Part shown: positions 37,102-46,800 of the stretch, piece by piece
How positions within the stretch are numbered: the first letter of the stretch is position 1
How the letters are laid out: each line of letters begins with the position of its first letter
NCBI GenBank assembly: GCA_964596525.1
Contig: CAZQUL010000001.1
Coordinates: 12,830-76,829, forward strand
From: an uncultured Gammaproteobacteria bacterium
GTDB lineage: Bacteria > Patescibacteriota > Patescibacteriia > Magasanikbacterales > GWA2-37-8
Reading direction: 5' to 3'
Length of the DNA: 64,000 bases
The notes under the pieces: model-generated
Told to the model about the DNA's origin: nothing
The model's input: only the letters and a program-made list of their open reading frames with translations
Databases searched by the model: none
Made by a program: the position numbers and the translations under genes

Positions 37102-37240
37102 ATGACGTAGGATGGTAGCTTGTTAACTAGTTAGCTAGTAGGGAAAACCTGCTGCAACTGTAAACCAGCGGACGGAAGCTGGCAAATGGCTACAATAAAA
37201 AAGCGCCTCGTGCTGGGGAAACACGAGGCAGAAGGCTGGC

Positions 37241-37645
37241 CTAAATATCGCCGGGACACCACGCGCAGAGAGCTACGTGGCCGAACGCCTCGGTGAGGCG
37301 CTCAAGTGACGGGGCGCAGTACTCGCGGGGCGCGAAGCGGACTTCCTGCCAGCGGAGCGCGGTCGAAATGCCGAGGCAATGCGACTCTTCGCTCCGACCG
37401 TTATCCAGATCTTCCACTTCATCGTCCCACTGAGCAAAACCGAGCTCGGTCCGATCGAAGGTTGAATTCGACCCGGAGGTCAAATTTTCTCCCACGAGCA
37501 CGAACACACCCGGCTCGCGCTCCTCAACATCGATCCAGTTACTATCGAGCAGGGCTTTCGCCTCGCCCTTAAGCACTTCGATCATGTTCCCCAATGACCG
37601 GCTGAATCCTCGATGCGACAGCATGATGCGGTGAACGGTTCCCAT
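37241..37645 (-). CDS. Hypothetical protein
   Basis: 134 aa; SD AAGGAG; TTGACT promoter near 37793. Confidence 0.65.
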   Translation of the reverse strand: MGTVHRIMLSHRGFSRSLGNMIEVLKGEAKALLDSNWIDVEEREPGVFVLVGENLTSGSNSTFDRTELGFAQWDDEVEDLDNGRSEESHCLGISTALRWQEVRFAPREYCAPSLERLTEAFGHVALCAWCPGDI

Positions 37646-37880
37646 AGCAGGCTCCTTGGCGTGTTGACATGCAGGTCATTCACCACGTCGCGCGCCTGAG
37701 AAGCGTTCTCCTACCGGTTATCGCATGAATCACTCTTCGTTAGACCGCGAAGAGTAACGAGTCAGATTACTTTAAATCGAGAAGAAAGTCAAGATTGTAA
37801 ACTGAATTTTAAAGGGAAATCATCATTTTTTGGCTAAAAACAAGGCTTTAAAATCTAAGGGTATTCAGACCAGCTGATAC

Positions 37881-37909
37881 TTGACAATTTTGGCTAATTG
37901 TAGTATAAT
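37881..37909 (+). promoter_or_regulatory. Perfect sigma70 consensus promoter
   Basis: TTGACA-17 nt-TATAAT. Confidence 0.8.
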
Positions 37910-37949
37910 TTTTTGTTCTGTCCCAACCCAATCTACGGAGGAAATGTCC

Positions 37950-38528
37950 ATGCAGTACGTTACGCTTCAGAATGCGACCTTCGTCATCGGAGTGCTCAGC
38001 CTCGCGTTCACGCTCTATCTGAACGTGAACATGACCCTGCGCCAGCGGCGGCACGAACGCGACAAGAAGATGAACGAGCTCGAGCGGGCCTACTACCACG
38101 CTGCCCGCTACAACGCCAAGGCCGAAAGCGATGAGCTCAAGCTCAAGATCCTGCTCTTCCTTTCGGTCGCGTCGGTCGTGATGCTACCGCTCACCATGAA
38201 GTGGCTGCCGGATCTGAGTCTCGTGGTGTACGCCATCGGCGTCGTGGCCTTCAGCCTCTACAAAGGGCTCAACCCTCAGGCCAACTGGCTGACCAACGGC
38301 AAGGCTGCCAAGGCGATCGAGGAGGCGATCGAAGACCACCACACCAAGCTCCTCACCATGGAAGAGCTCGGCAAGATCGTCTCCGCGACGATCAAGGAGC
38401 GCAACAAGAGCTGGTTCCTGGCCGCGGCGAGCATGTACCTCATCACCGCGCCCGGCTCCGACAAGGCCGACAGCACCCCTCCGAAGACTGGCTGCACCTG
38501 CAGCGCCGACAAGAACGCGCCGAAGTAG
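37950..38528 (+). CDS. Membrane protein with a SLATT/DUF4231-like domain
   Basis: N-terminal TM, amphipathic helix, TM hairpin, then LNPQANWLTNGKAAKAIEE; SD GGAGG. Confidence 0.65.
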   Translation: MQYVTLQNATFVIGVLSLAFTLYLNVNMTLRQRRHERDKKMNELERAYYHAARYNAKAESDELKLKILLFLSVASVVMLPLTMKWLPDLSLVVYAIGVVAFSLYKGLNPQANWLTNGKAAKAIEEAIEDHHTKLLTMEELGKIVSATIKERNKSWFLAAASMYLITAPGSDKADSTPPKTGCTCSADKNAPK

Positions 38529-38612
38529 CCAGACACAACCCCAACCCAACCGCCCCTCGCACGTCACTTCTGTGACCTATCGCGAGGCGGCGGTTTTAAA
38601 ATTTCCAAAAAT

Positions 38613-38645
38613 AAAGCCGCCCGTCTTACGAACGAGCGGCTTTTT
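38613..38645. terminator. Bidirectional terminator
   Basis: aaagccgcccgt...acgagcggcttttt between convergent genes. Confidence 0.7.
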
Positions 38646-38670
38646 CTGGTATGAATTTTATTGTTGATCG

Positions 38671-40566
38671 TTACACCTCAATCACCACCGGCAAGATCAT
38701 CGGCCGCTTTTCCGTCTTGGTGAAGAGGAACTGCGCCACGTACTCGCGGATTTTGTTACGGATCTCGTTGGTATCGGCCCACGAAAGCGGGTCCGAATCA
38801 GTGATGAGTTTTTTGACGCGCACGCGCAAATCTTCGATAAGGTCTTTATGGCTCTTGAGGAATACGAAGCCGCGCGAGATGATATCCGGATTCTGGATAA
38901 GCGTACCGGTTTTGCTGTCGACGGTCGCGATGATGACCACCATACCTTCTTCCGAGAGGAGCTGGCGGTCGCGCACGACCACGTTGGTTTGGTCACTCAC
39001 GCCAAGACCATCGACGAAGACGTAATCCGACGGAATCTTGGTTTTGGTGAGCGCGCCTTCGCCGGCTTTAAATTCCATTACCTGACCGTTGTCGGCGATG
39101 AAGGTGCGTTCTTTGGGTACGCCCACGCTCTGCGCCACTTTGGCGTTGTAGTGCAACAAGAAGTGGTTGCCGTGGATCGGCACGAAATATTTGGGGTTGA
39201 GGAGACGCACCATGAGTTTCACATCTTCGGCTTTGGCATGACCACCGGCATGCACGTCCATCATCTGGTAATGGATGACTTCGGCACCTTTGCGGAAAAG
39301 CGTGTCTTTGAGACGCTGGACACTGCGTTCGTTACCCGGAATGACGGACGACGAAAAGACCACCGTGTCACCTGGGGTGAGCACCACTTCGCGGTGCTCG
39401 CCGTTGGCGATACGCATGAGCGAAGCGTTCTGTTCGCCCTGCGCCCCGGTACAAATGATCACCACCTGTTCGGGCGGATACTTTTCGATGTTTTTGAGAT
39501 CGATGATGGTGCGCTGATGGAATTTCATGTAGCCGAGCTCTTTGGCGATTTCCACGTTACTCCGCATACTAAAGCCGCCGATCGCCACGTACTTGCCGAT
39601 CTTTTCGGCGGTTTCGATGATCTGTTTGATACGCGCGAGAAGCGAGGCGAACGTGCCGATAATCACGCGGCCCGGCGCTTTCTTCATAATGTCTTCCAAG
39701 TTCGTGGAGATTTCGTATTCAGAAACCTGGTGACCGGGCTGGCCGGCGTTGGTACTGTCGGAGAGAAGTGCCAAGACGCCTTCGCTGCCGATTTTGGCGA
39801 TGCGCTGCAGGTCGGCCGGTTCTTCGCCGGTCGGCTGGTAGTCGAATTTCCAGTCACCGGTATGGATGACGACGCCTTCCGGAGTGCGGATGACGACACC
39901 CATCGAGTCTGGAATGTTATGGTTGATGTGGAAAAACTCGATGTCAAAATTACCGAGACGGATTTTATCCCACAGATTCACGTTCTTGATGGTGAGCGGC
40001 TTAATGTTCGGGAAATCTTCCTGGCGTTTTTTGATGACGGCGCTCGTGATGGGAAGGGCAAAGATGGGCGGATAACCAATTTCCGGCATGATATGCGGTA
40101 TACCGCCGATATGGTCGTAGTGACCGTGGGTGATGATAACGCCGCGGATGTTTTTTTCTTTGCCGCGCAAATAACTCATGTTCGGGATGATGTAGTCGAT
40201 GCCGGGCATGTCGTCTTCGGGAAACTGCAAACCAAGGTCGATGATGATGATATCATCGCCGTATTCGAAGATGGTACAATTGCGGCCGATTTCTTCGAGG
40301 CCGCCGAGCACGGCAATGCGGAGTTTTTTCTCGCCCGGAGCAAGGGGCGGAAGGGTGTGCGGCACAGCGCGCAAATGGGCCGGCTGCACATGCGAAACGC
40401 GGCGTTGCGGCGCGCGGGGACGGCCATGGTGCGAACGCTCCGGAGCGGAATGCCCGGTATGGCGGCGGTCGGCCGCGGCCCGGCGGCTAGCATAACTGCC
40501 GCGCAGCGTAGGCGGCGTGTGACGGGCTGTAAAACGGCGATTCGGAGCTGCTGAAGTACTTTGCAT
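38671..40566 (-). CDS. rnj: Ribonuclease J with a basic disordered N-terminal extension
   Basis: LGGLEEIGRN, THGHYDHIG, HTGDWK, DSTNA and IPGNE motifs. Confidence 0.97.
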   Translation of the reverse strand: MQSTSAAPNRRFTARHTPPTLRGSYASRRAAADRRHTGHSAPERSHHGRPRAPQRRVSHVQPAHLRAVPHTLPPLAPGEKKLRIAVLGGLEEIGRNCTIFEYGDDIIIIDLGLQFPEDDMPGIDYIIPNMSYLRGKEKNIRGVIITHGHYDHIGGIPHIMPEIGYPPIFALPITSAVIKKRQEDFPNIKPLTIKNVNLWDKIRLGNFDIEFFHINHNIPDSMGVVIRTPEGVVIHTGDWKFDYQPTGEEPADLQRIAKIGSEGVLALLSDSTNAGQPGHQVSEYEISTNLEDIMKKAPGRVIIGTFASLLARIKQIIETAEKIGKYVAIGGFSMRSNVEIAKELGYMKFHQRTIIDLKNIEKYPPEQVVIICTGAQGEQNASLMRIANGEHREVVLTPGDTVVFSSSVIPGNERSVQRLKDTLFRKGAEVIHYQMMDVHAGGHAKAEDVKLMVRLLNPKYFVPIHGNHFLLHYNAKVAQSVGVPKERTFIADNGQVMEFKAGEGALTKTKIPSDYVFVDGLGVSDQTNVVVRDRQLLSEEGMVVIIATVDSKTGTLIQNPDIISRGFVFLKSHKDLIEDLRVRVKKLITDSDPLSWADTNEIRNKIREYVAQFLFTKTEKRPMILPVVIEV

Positions 40567-40630
40567 ACATTACGAAATAATTCCTACCTAAAGAGGAAAA
40601 AATAAAAAGGTTGAGTTAGGATGTTTAGTG

Positions 40631-40712
40631 TGGGGATAGAGGGACTCGAACCCTCAAGGATTACTCCATACGCTTCTGAGACGTACGCGTATACCAATTC
40701 CGCCATATCCCC
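40631..40712 (-). tRNA. tRNA-Leu(CAG)
   Basis: GGGGATA acceptor stem, TACGT-CTCAGAA-GCGTA anticodon arm, variable arm, GGTTCGAGTCC. Confidence 0.95.
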
Positions 40713-40746
40713 TTTCGTTACCCTTCGCGGACACGTTATGAAATGC

Positions 40747-42690
40747 TTACTCTTTATTCGGCTTCCACTTCCAGGTAGTTTCTAAATACCAATCCGCAAA
40801 CGAACGGTACCGATCGCTTGGCGAAACGAGCAAGCTGAAAGAAACGTTGCGCAAATGTTCGTTCGATAAAAACCGATACGTCGGCGAGTACAAGAATACG
40901 GCCGGCACCTCGTCTTCAAGAATCGACGTAAACTGCCGGTAAAGACGATCACGCTCTACCGTAGAGGTGGTAACACGCGCATCTTCGAGCACTTTATCGA
41001 CGGTACGATTGCTGTAGAGAGAAATGTTGAGACCTGGATATTCGCGCTGCGAAGAATGCCAGAACGGGTACGGATCCGGATCACCGCCCAAGACTTCGCC
41101 GTAGAGCACCATATCATACTCGCGGTTTTTTACCACCGTGCGCAAGAAGAATTGGCGGTTGATGAGCCGAACCATAGCGCTGACACCCACCGAGCGCCAC
41201 TCGCGGGCAATCTCTTCGGCCACACGCTCATATTCGGGCGTATCGACGGTGGTAATGGTAAAAGTGAGCGGCGCTTTCTTTTTGGTGATGCGGTAGTAGG
41301 GCTGCTCGGCTACCATTTCTTTCTGCACGAGAGCGACGACATCCGGATTAAGTTCGGTGGAAGTGGAATTAACCGTGGACGTGCTTGGGTTGGCCTTGCG
41401 CACCGCATCGTAGCGGAGTGAAAAATATTCCTCCGGCGTAATACGCGTGGTTTCTTTGTCGAGGAGCCGTTCGGCTTCTTCAGCCGAGAACGTAAGCGAG
41501 CTCGAGGCGAGGGCAAACCCGGTCATGCCCGGCAAGATCGGCCCGTACTGCTCTTCACCTTCGCCGAGGAGCCCTTCGCTCACGATGCGCTTGCGGTCAA
41601 GTGCACGCGCCAAAGCTTGGCGTACGGTTTTGGTGAGCACTTCGGTCTGAGCTTCTTGGTTAAAGAAAAGCGCGGTGTACTGCGGCAGTTTAAGCGGTGC
41701 AGAAACGACTTGTTTGAGACTGAGCGTTGACGTAGCAAGACGCGGCGGGAAACTCGTCGCCGTGATTTCTTCGGTACGCAGCGCTTCGAGGAGCGTACCG
41801 TAATCGGAATAAAACCGATAGGCAAGTGTCGTGATGTGTGGTTTGGGACCGTAGTAGCGTTCATTTGGGGTAAGCTCGAGCATTTCCACACCACTACCTT
41901 CGCGTTTCACGATGCGCGACACTTTCCACGGACCGCTCCCAACCGGCTCCATGTTGTATTTGCTGAGTTTGAGATGCGCTGGATTTTCTACGGTCTCCCA
42001 AATATGTTCGGGGATGATACCAAGCGCAAGAGCGTGGATGAATGGTGCAAAAGCCTGCTTAAGGGTAAGGCGCACCGTACGTTCGTCAACGACCGCAACA
42101 GCAACACCTTGAAACGTAGGCAAGAGTGGACTTTCTACTTCCGGATTCTGGATCATTTCAATGGTAAAGGCAACGTCCTGGCTGGTGATCGGTTTGCCGT
42201 CAGCCCACATCAAATCTGGCTTGAGCTTAACAGTATATACTTTGCCATCACTCGAAAGCGTATAGCTTTCGGCCAAATCGCCGACAATCTGACGACCTTC
42301 ATCGTACGCAAACAAACGCGCGTAGATAAGATTCGTCACATCAGCATCGACTTCGCTTGGCAATGAAAACAACGGATTGAGGTATTTAGGCTGCCCCACT
42401 ACACCTTCGCGGTACACACCGCCCTGAGCGGGAATATGCTCAATACGTTCATATACAAACGTGCCGCCAGTAAGAACGGCGAAAATAACTGCAAATACGA
42501 TCCCCCAGTTCACAAGCCTTTTTTCTGCAGCTGTCAAAAAACGACCCACATACTTGAGCTGGCGCAATGACGGCAGAAAACTCGCCCGCGTTTGGGCGAT
42601 GAGCCGGCGATCGAGCTTTTTAGTATGAAGAACGGCGCGTTCGGTCATCTTGGAACGCAGCGAACTAGAAGGGGGACGATCAGGTGTCAT
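40747..42690 (-). CDS. Peptide ABC transporter substrate-binding protein (family 5, OppA/DppA-like)
   Basis: GDLAESY, WADGKPITSQDVAFT, PVGSGPW and DPYPFWHSSQ motifs; N-terminal TM. Confidence 0.92.
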   Translation of the reverse strand: MTPDRPPSSSLRSKMTERAVLHTKKLDRRLIAQTRASFLPSLRQLKYVGRFLTAAEKRLVNWGIVFAVIFAVLTGGTFVYERIEHIPAQGGVYREGVVGQPKYLNPLFSLPSEVDADVTNLIYARLFAYDEGRQIVGDLAESYTLSSDGKVYTVKLKPDLMWADGKPITSQDVAFTIEMIQNPEVESPLLPTFQGVAVAVVDERTVRLTLKQAFAPFIHALALGIIPEHIWETVENPAHLKLSKYNMEPVGSGPWKVSRIVKREGSGVEMLELTPNERYYGPKPHITTLAYRFYSDYGTLLEALRTEEITATSFPPRLATSTLSLKQVVSAPLKLPQYTALFFNQEAQTEVLTKTVRQALARALDRKRIVSEGLLGEGEEQYGPILPGMTGFALASSSLTFSAEEAERLLDKETTRITPEEYFSLRYDAVRKANPSTSTVNSTSTELNPDVVALVQKEMVAEQPYYRITKKKAPLTFTITTVDTPEYERVAEEIAREWRSVGVSAMVRLINRQFFLRTVVKNREYDMVLYGEVLGGDPDPYPFWHSSQREYPGLNISLYSNRTVDKVLEDARVTTSTVERDRLYRQFTSILEDEVPAVFLYSPTYRFLSNEHLRNVSFSLLVSPSDRYRSFADWYLETTWKWKPNKE

Positions 42691-42747
42691 GGGACACAAA
42701 AGTTAATCGGGAGCTTCTAGACTACTACCACCGGACCAAAGAAGAAC

Positions 42748-42966
42748 TTACAGCCAGAGACGGGCAAGGGACAAACCAAAGAAGAGAACGGCAACGACAA
42801 TCGTAACGTAATGGACGATCTTGTCGATGCCACGCTTGGTACTGTAGACGTTGGTTGAGCCGCCAAAAAGAGCGCTCGTACCGCCGCCTTTCTGCTGCAG
42901 CAATACCACAATAATAAGAATGATGCTCAAGATGATCTGAATGATGCTAAGTGCGGTTTCTTGCAT
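42748..42966 (-). CDS. secG: Preprotein translocase subunit SecG
   Basis: VVLLQQKGGGTSALFGG...TKRG between two TM helices. Confidence 0.93.
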   Translation of the reverse strand: MQETALSIIQIILSIILIIVVLLQQKGGGTSALFGGSTNVYSTKRGIDKIVHYVTIVVAVLFFGLSLARLWL

Positions 42967-43140
42967 AACGGGATGAGGGATAGGTAAGAGTGGCAGGAAA
43001 TAGAGTGCCCGAAGGAGCAGAGCTCCCGGTTCTTAGGATGGACCTACCCTACAATACTAGGCGCAGATTGTCAACAGAGCCCGCTTAATAAAGCCAAAAA
43101 CCTCCTCAAGTAAGGAGATTTCTGGTCAGGAACGGTAGAG

Positions 43141-43419
43141 TTACTTTTTGAGTTCGTCTTTGAGACCTTTACCGGCTTTGAATTTCGGAACCTTGACGGC
43201 CGGAATGGTGATTTTCTCGGTCGGTTTCTGTGGGTTGACACCCGTGCGAGCAGCGCGCGTTTTCACGCTGAAAGCGCCGAAACCAGTGAGAACGACTTCG
43301 TCGCCTTTCTTGAGCGTCATGGTGATGGTGTCGATGAAGGCGTTAACCATATCTTCACCTTCGCGTTTGGAAACGTTCATTTTTTCGGCGAGAGCCTGGG
43401 CCAATTCTGCTTTGTTCAT
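43141..43419 (-). CDS. hup: HU DNA-binding protein
   Basis: MNKAEL, LTGFGAF, ARTGVNPQ and PKFKAGKGLK motifs; start reset to 43419. Confidence 0.96.
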   Translation of the reverse strand: MNKAELAQALAEKMNVSKREGEDMVNAFIDTITMTLKKGDEVVLTGFGAFSVKTRAARTGVNPQKPTEKITIPAVKVPKFKAGKGLKDELKK

Positions 43420-43544
43420 AACGTCACCCCCTTTCCGTGGAACATGATTCTGTACATACACGCTACGTTAAGCGGAGCAAAAATGTGATAACCACACGGT
43501 GAGTATAGCACGGTGCTTATTTCTTCGCTAGTTTCAGCGAAGAA

Positions 43545-43604
43545 TTATCCACAGACCTGTTACAAAACGAAGAAAAAATGTCAAATTGTGAAAAATGTGG
43601 ATAA
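43545..43604. promoter_or_regulatory. Two perfect DnaA boxes in opposite orientation upstream of hup
   Basis: TTATCCACA at 43545-43553 and TGTGGATAA at 43596-43604. Confidence 0.7.
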
Positions 43605-43732
43605 AGAAGAGGTGAAATTATTCCAATTTTCCTCATTAATTAACTATCGCTATAAGCTCGTCTGTACCAAATTTTGAAAATATTTACATACCAAAAAAGA
43701 GCGGACCATACCGCCCTTTTTTGGTATGAAGA

Positions 43733-45259
43733 TTAACGTGCGTACTCAACGATTCTCGTCTCGCGCAAAACCGTGACGCGGATCTCGCCCGGATACTGGA
43801 GTTCCTGCTCAATCTTGTGGGCGATATCTTTGGCGAGCTGGTGCGCGGAGTAATCGTCCACTTCGCCGGATTTGACGAAGACGCGCACTTCGCGGCCGGC
43901 CTGGATGGCGTACACTTTATCGATGCCCGGAAAACCGCTGGCGGTTTTTTCGAGATCTTCGAGGCGGGCGATGTACTGTTCGTAGGTATCACGACGGGCG
44001 CCGACGCGGGCGGCAGAGATAGCGTCGGCCGCTTTGGCGATACTCGAGTAGATGTTGTACGGCTTGTCGTCGTGGTGCGTGAGCGCAGCCTGGCACACAT
44101 CCTCGTCGGCGTTGAATTTTTTGAGGATCATGTAACCGATCTGCGGATGCGAGCCTTGGGTTTCGTGATCAACGGATTTGCCGATGTCGTGGAAGAAACC
44201 GCAGCGCTTGGCTTTGGCTTCATCAAGGCCGAGTTCAGCCGCGATCATGGCCGAGAGATAGCCCACTTCCATACAATGATTCATCACGTTCTGGCTGTAG
44301 CTCGTACGGAATTTGAGGCGGCCGACGATGGTGACGAGTTTGGGGTCAATGCCGGTGATACCCATTTTATAGAGCGATTCTTCGCCGGCTTTCTTGATTT
44401 CGGCGGAGAGATCCTGCTTGGCGCGTTCGACGAATTCTTCGATACGCGCGGGCTGGATGCGACCGTCGGCGATAAGGCGCTCAAGCGCGATGCGCGCCAC
44501 TTCGCGGCGGATCGGCGAGAAACCGGAGATAACGATCGAGTCAGGCGTTTCATCGATAATGAGTTCGCAGCCGGTGAGTTTTTCGATGGTTTTGATGTTG
44601 CGACCTTCCTTACCGATGATGCGACCCTTCATGTCTTCACTCGTGATGTGCACCACGGTGGCGGTGGTTTCGGCAGCGTGCGAAGCAGCACAGCGCTGCA
44701 TGCAATCGACCACGAGTTCACGCGCTTTGTGCTGAAACTGCTCACTCCCCTCTTTTTCAAGTTTCATGATACGGCCCAAGATATCGGTCTTGCTTTCTTC
44801 TTCCACGATGGTGAGGAGTTCCATCTTGGCCGCATCCGTCGTGAGACCAGAAATTTCGCTGAGTTTTTTGAGCTGGTCGTCTTTTACTTTTTCCACTTCT
44901 TCTTTGATCTGTTTGACGCGTTCGATTTTTTCTTGGAGTTTTTGTTCGCGGTCTTGGAGCTCGAGAATTTTCTGATCAAACGTGCTTTCGCGGCGCTCGA
45001 GACGTTCCTGGACGGAACGGAGTTCCTGGCGGATCTGTTTTTCTTCGCGCTTAGCTTCGTCTACGATATGGACGGCTTTTTCTTTAGCTTCGAGGAGCAG
45101 TTCCTGTTGTTTGGTCTTGGCCTCAGTCAAAATTTTATCGGCTTTGGCTTCGAGGGAGTTGGCTTCGGCTTGAGCGATTTTTTTACGCGCTACGTAGCCG
45201 ATTGCAGCGCCCAGTGCCGCACCTCCGAGGAGAGCGAGCACCACTAACCATGGATTCAT
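43733..45259 (-). CDS. rny: Ribonuclease Y
   Basis: N-terminal TM, coiled coil, KH motif KGRIIGKEGRNI, HD motif HDIGK, YAIQAGREVRV. Confidence 0.98.
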   Translation of the reverse strand: MNPWLVVLALLGGAALGAAIGYVARKKIAQAEANSLEAKADKILTEAKTKQQELLLEAKEKAVHIVDEAKREEKQIRQELRSVQERLERRESTFDQKILELQDREQKLQEKIERVKQIKEEVEKVKDDQLKKLSEISGLTTDAAKMELLTIVEEESKTDILGRIMKLEKEGSEQFQHKARELVVDCMQRCAASHAAETTATVVHITSEDMKGRIIGKEGRNIKTIEKLTGCELIIDETPDSIVISGFSPIRREVARIALERLIADGRIQPARIEEFVERAKQDLSAEIKKAGEESLYKMGITGIDPKLVTIVGRLKFRTSYSQNVMNHCMEVGYLSAMIAAELGLDEAKAKRCGFFHDIGKSVDHETQGSHPQIGYMILKKFNADEDVCQAALTHHDDKPYNIYSSIAKAADAISAARVGARRDTYEQYIARLEDLEKTASGFPGIDKVYAIQAGREVRVFVKSGEVDDYSAHQLAKDIAHKIEQELQYPGEIRVTVLRETRIVEYAR

Positions 45260-45307
45260 ACAAAAAACACCTAACCAGACGGTCGGTGAAAGCGGTTTTC
45301 CGGGTTG

Positions 45308-45448
45308 TATGACAAATCTTTACGGCCTTTGCGGACAGCCCAACATGCGCGCTAGCTAACAACCAAAGACGTTCGTACAAGCAAAACATCCCTTGCAGGA
45401 AGGGAAACAAGGGCTCTCGAAACGCGCATTGTAGATAAAGATGTCATA
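45308..45448 (-). ncRNA. Rod-like structured element in the ~290-nt rny leader
   Basis: TATGACA-TCTTTA/TAAAGA-TT-TGTCATA and ATGCGCG/CGCGCAT stems; TTGACA promoter near 45578. Confidence 0.45.
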
Positions 45449-45654
45449 AATAGGGAGGTCGGCGGCAGCAGGCAAAAGCACACAGGCAGAGCAGGCATTC
45501 CACGGAAGACGGATCACTGATCGTATGGGATACGAATAAAGTGCCTATAAGGTAGCACGCGGTAAGGCGAAATGTCAATGTAGATATTAGAAAACCCGCT
45601 ACCAGAAGGAGCGGGTACTCTCAAGCGAGAGGAAAGAGCGAGGGAGCTGGCCGG

Positions 45655-46596
45655 TTATGGCTTGCAGGAGTTGGGGATGCCGGGCTCCGGGGTGGTGCAG
45701 GGCACGCTCTCGGTCTCACCGTCCGGACGCTGGTAAGCGCGGCGCAGCTGAGCGCCGGCGGGTGCGCGCACCGAGGTAAGCTCGTCGCCCGAGCGGCCGA
45801 CCAAGTGAATCACGGTATCATTTCCCGTCCGTTGCACGCACTGCCCGTCGGCGCTGCACAGGTCGATGTTCTGGCCATTGGCGTTCAAGACCAACACTCC
45901 TAACGGGAAGTTCGCATTGGCCGCGACGCCGAGCGATCCATACACACCGCCGTTCTGAATGGTGTAGGGCGCCTGGTAAAGGGCGGTTCCCACCATGTCG
46001 CGCGTACTCTTGTTGGGCACGCAGCCGTAGCTTCCGATGGTCTTGTCGCGCTCGAGCCGGTAGCAGGGGCCCGAGGGCAGCTTGTACGGGCAGCCGGGAC
46101 GCTTGGGATCGGGAACGATGCCGGGACCGCTGTTGGGCTCGGTGGGGCATTGATCCGTGGCATTGGACACGCCGTCGCCGTCGGTGTCGTTCGGGTCGTA
46201 TCCCGTGCCGCCGAGTCCGGCGACTACATCGTTGATAGGCTTTGCCACGAACTGCGGCCAGCCGGTCGGACCGCACCATGCCTGATCGACAGCACTCGCC
46301 TCGATGCGGTAAGCCTCAAGACTTCCCTTGCTCTGCTCGGTGACGAGGCAGACGGCTTGCGCTTTGGCATCGCCGTCGGGGCAGCAGGTCGCGGCTTGCG
46401 CACTATACTGATAGACCACATACCCGCCGCCTTGGCCACACATATCGATGGCCTCGTCGAGCTTCTGGCGCAGCGGAGTATCGCTCTGGCAGGTGAGGTC
46501 GGTGCGCGCCGAAAGACCGAGCCCACACCCGGAAAGCACCGTCGAAACAAGGGTGAGGATGAAGGTGGGAGGAATGAGAGAGCGAGAAGTGTGCAT
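45655..46596 (-). CDS. TSP3-repeat Cys-rich lipoprotein, paralog 1
   Basis: Lipobox VLSGC; DTDGDGVSNATDQCP...DPKRPGCP; SD AAGGAG. Confidence 0.85.
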   Translation of the reverse strand: MHTSRSLIPPTFILTLVSTVLSGCGLGLSARTDLTCQSDTPLRQKLDEAIDMCGQGGGYVVYQYSAQAATCCPDGDAKAQAVCLVTEQSKGSLEAYRIEASAVDQAWCGPTGWPQFVAKPINDVVAGLGGTGYDPNDTDGDGVSNATDQCPTEPNSGPGIVPDPKRPGCPYKLPSGPCYRLERDKTIGSYGCVPNKSTRDMVGTALYQAPYTIQNGGVYGSLGVAANANFPLGVLVLNANGQNIDLCSADGQCVQRTGNDTVIHLVGRSGDELTSVRAPAGAQLRRAYQRPDGETESVPCTTPEPGIPNSCKP

Positions 46597-46800
46597 GCTC
46601 AGACTCCTTGTTACGCAGCTACTTCATAAACAACAGCACTTATTCCGATATGATACCGGCAAGTACTGATAAAAAAATCCTATGACTTTTTTGCCTACTT
46701 GTCAACAGTATGACGGAATAAGCTGATAGGCCTGAAACAAAAAAGCCCGTTATTCAGCAGAGAAAACAGGCTTGTTTAAAAGTTGTGTGAAACCGCAGGG

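Noticed and set aside
38848-40554. 568-aa plus-strand ORF
   Set aside because: Antisense shadow of rnj with no motifs of its own.
43545-43700. Replication origin
   Set aside because: Only two perfect boxes, no dnaA or dnaN nearby and no switch in core-gene strand bias.
43817-45247. 476-aa plus-strand ORF
   Set aside because: Antisense shadow of rny.
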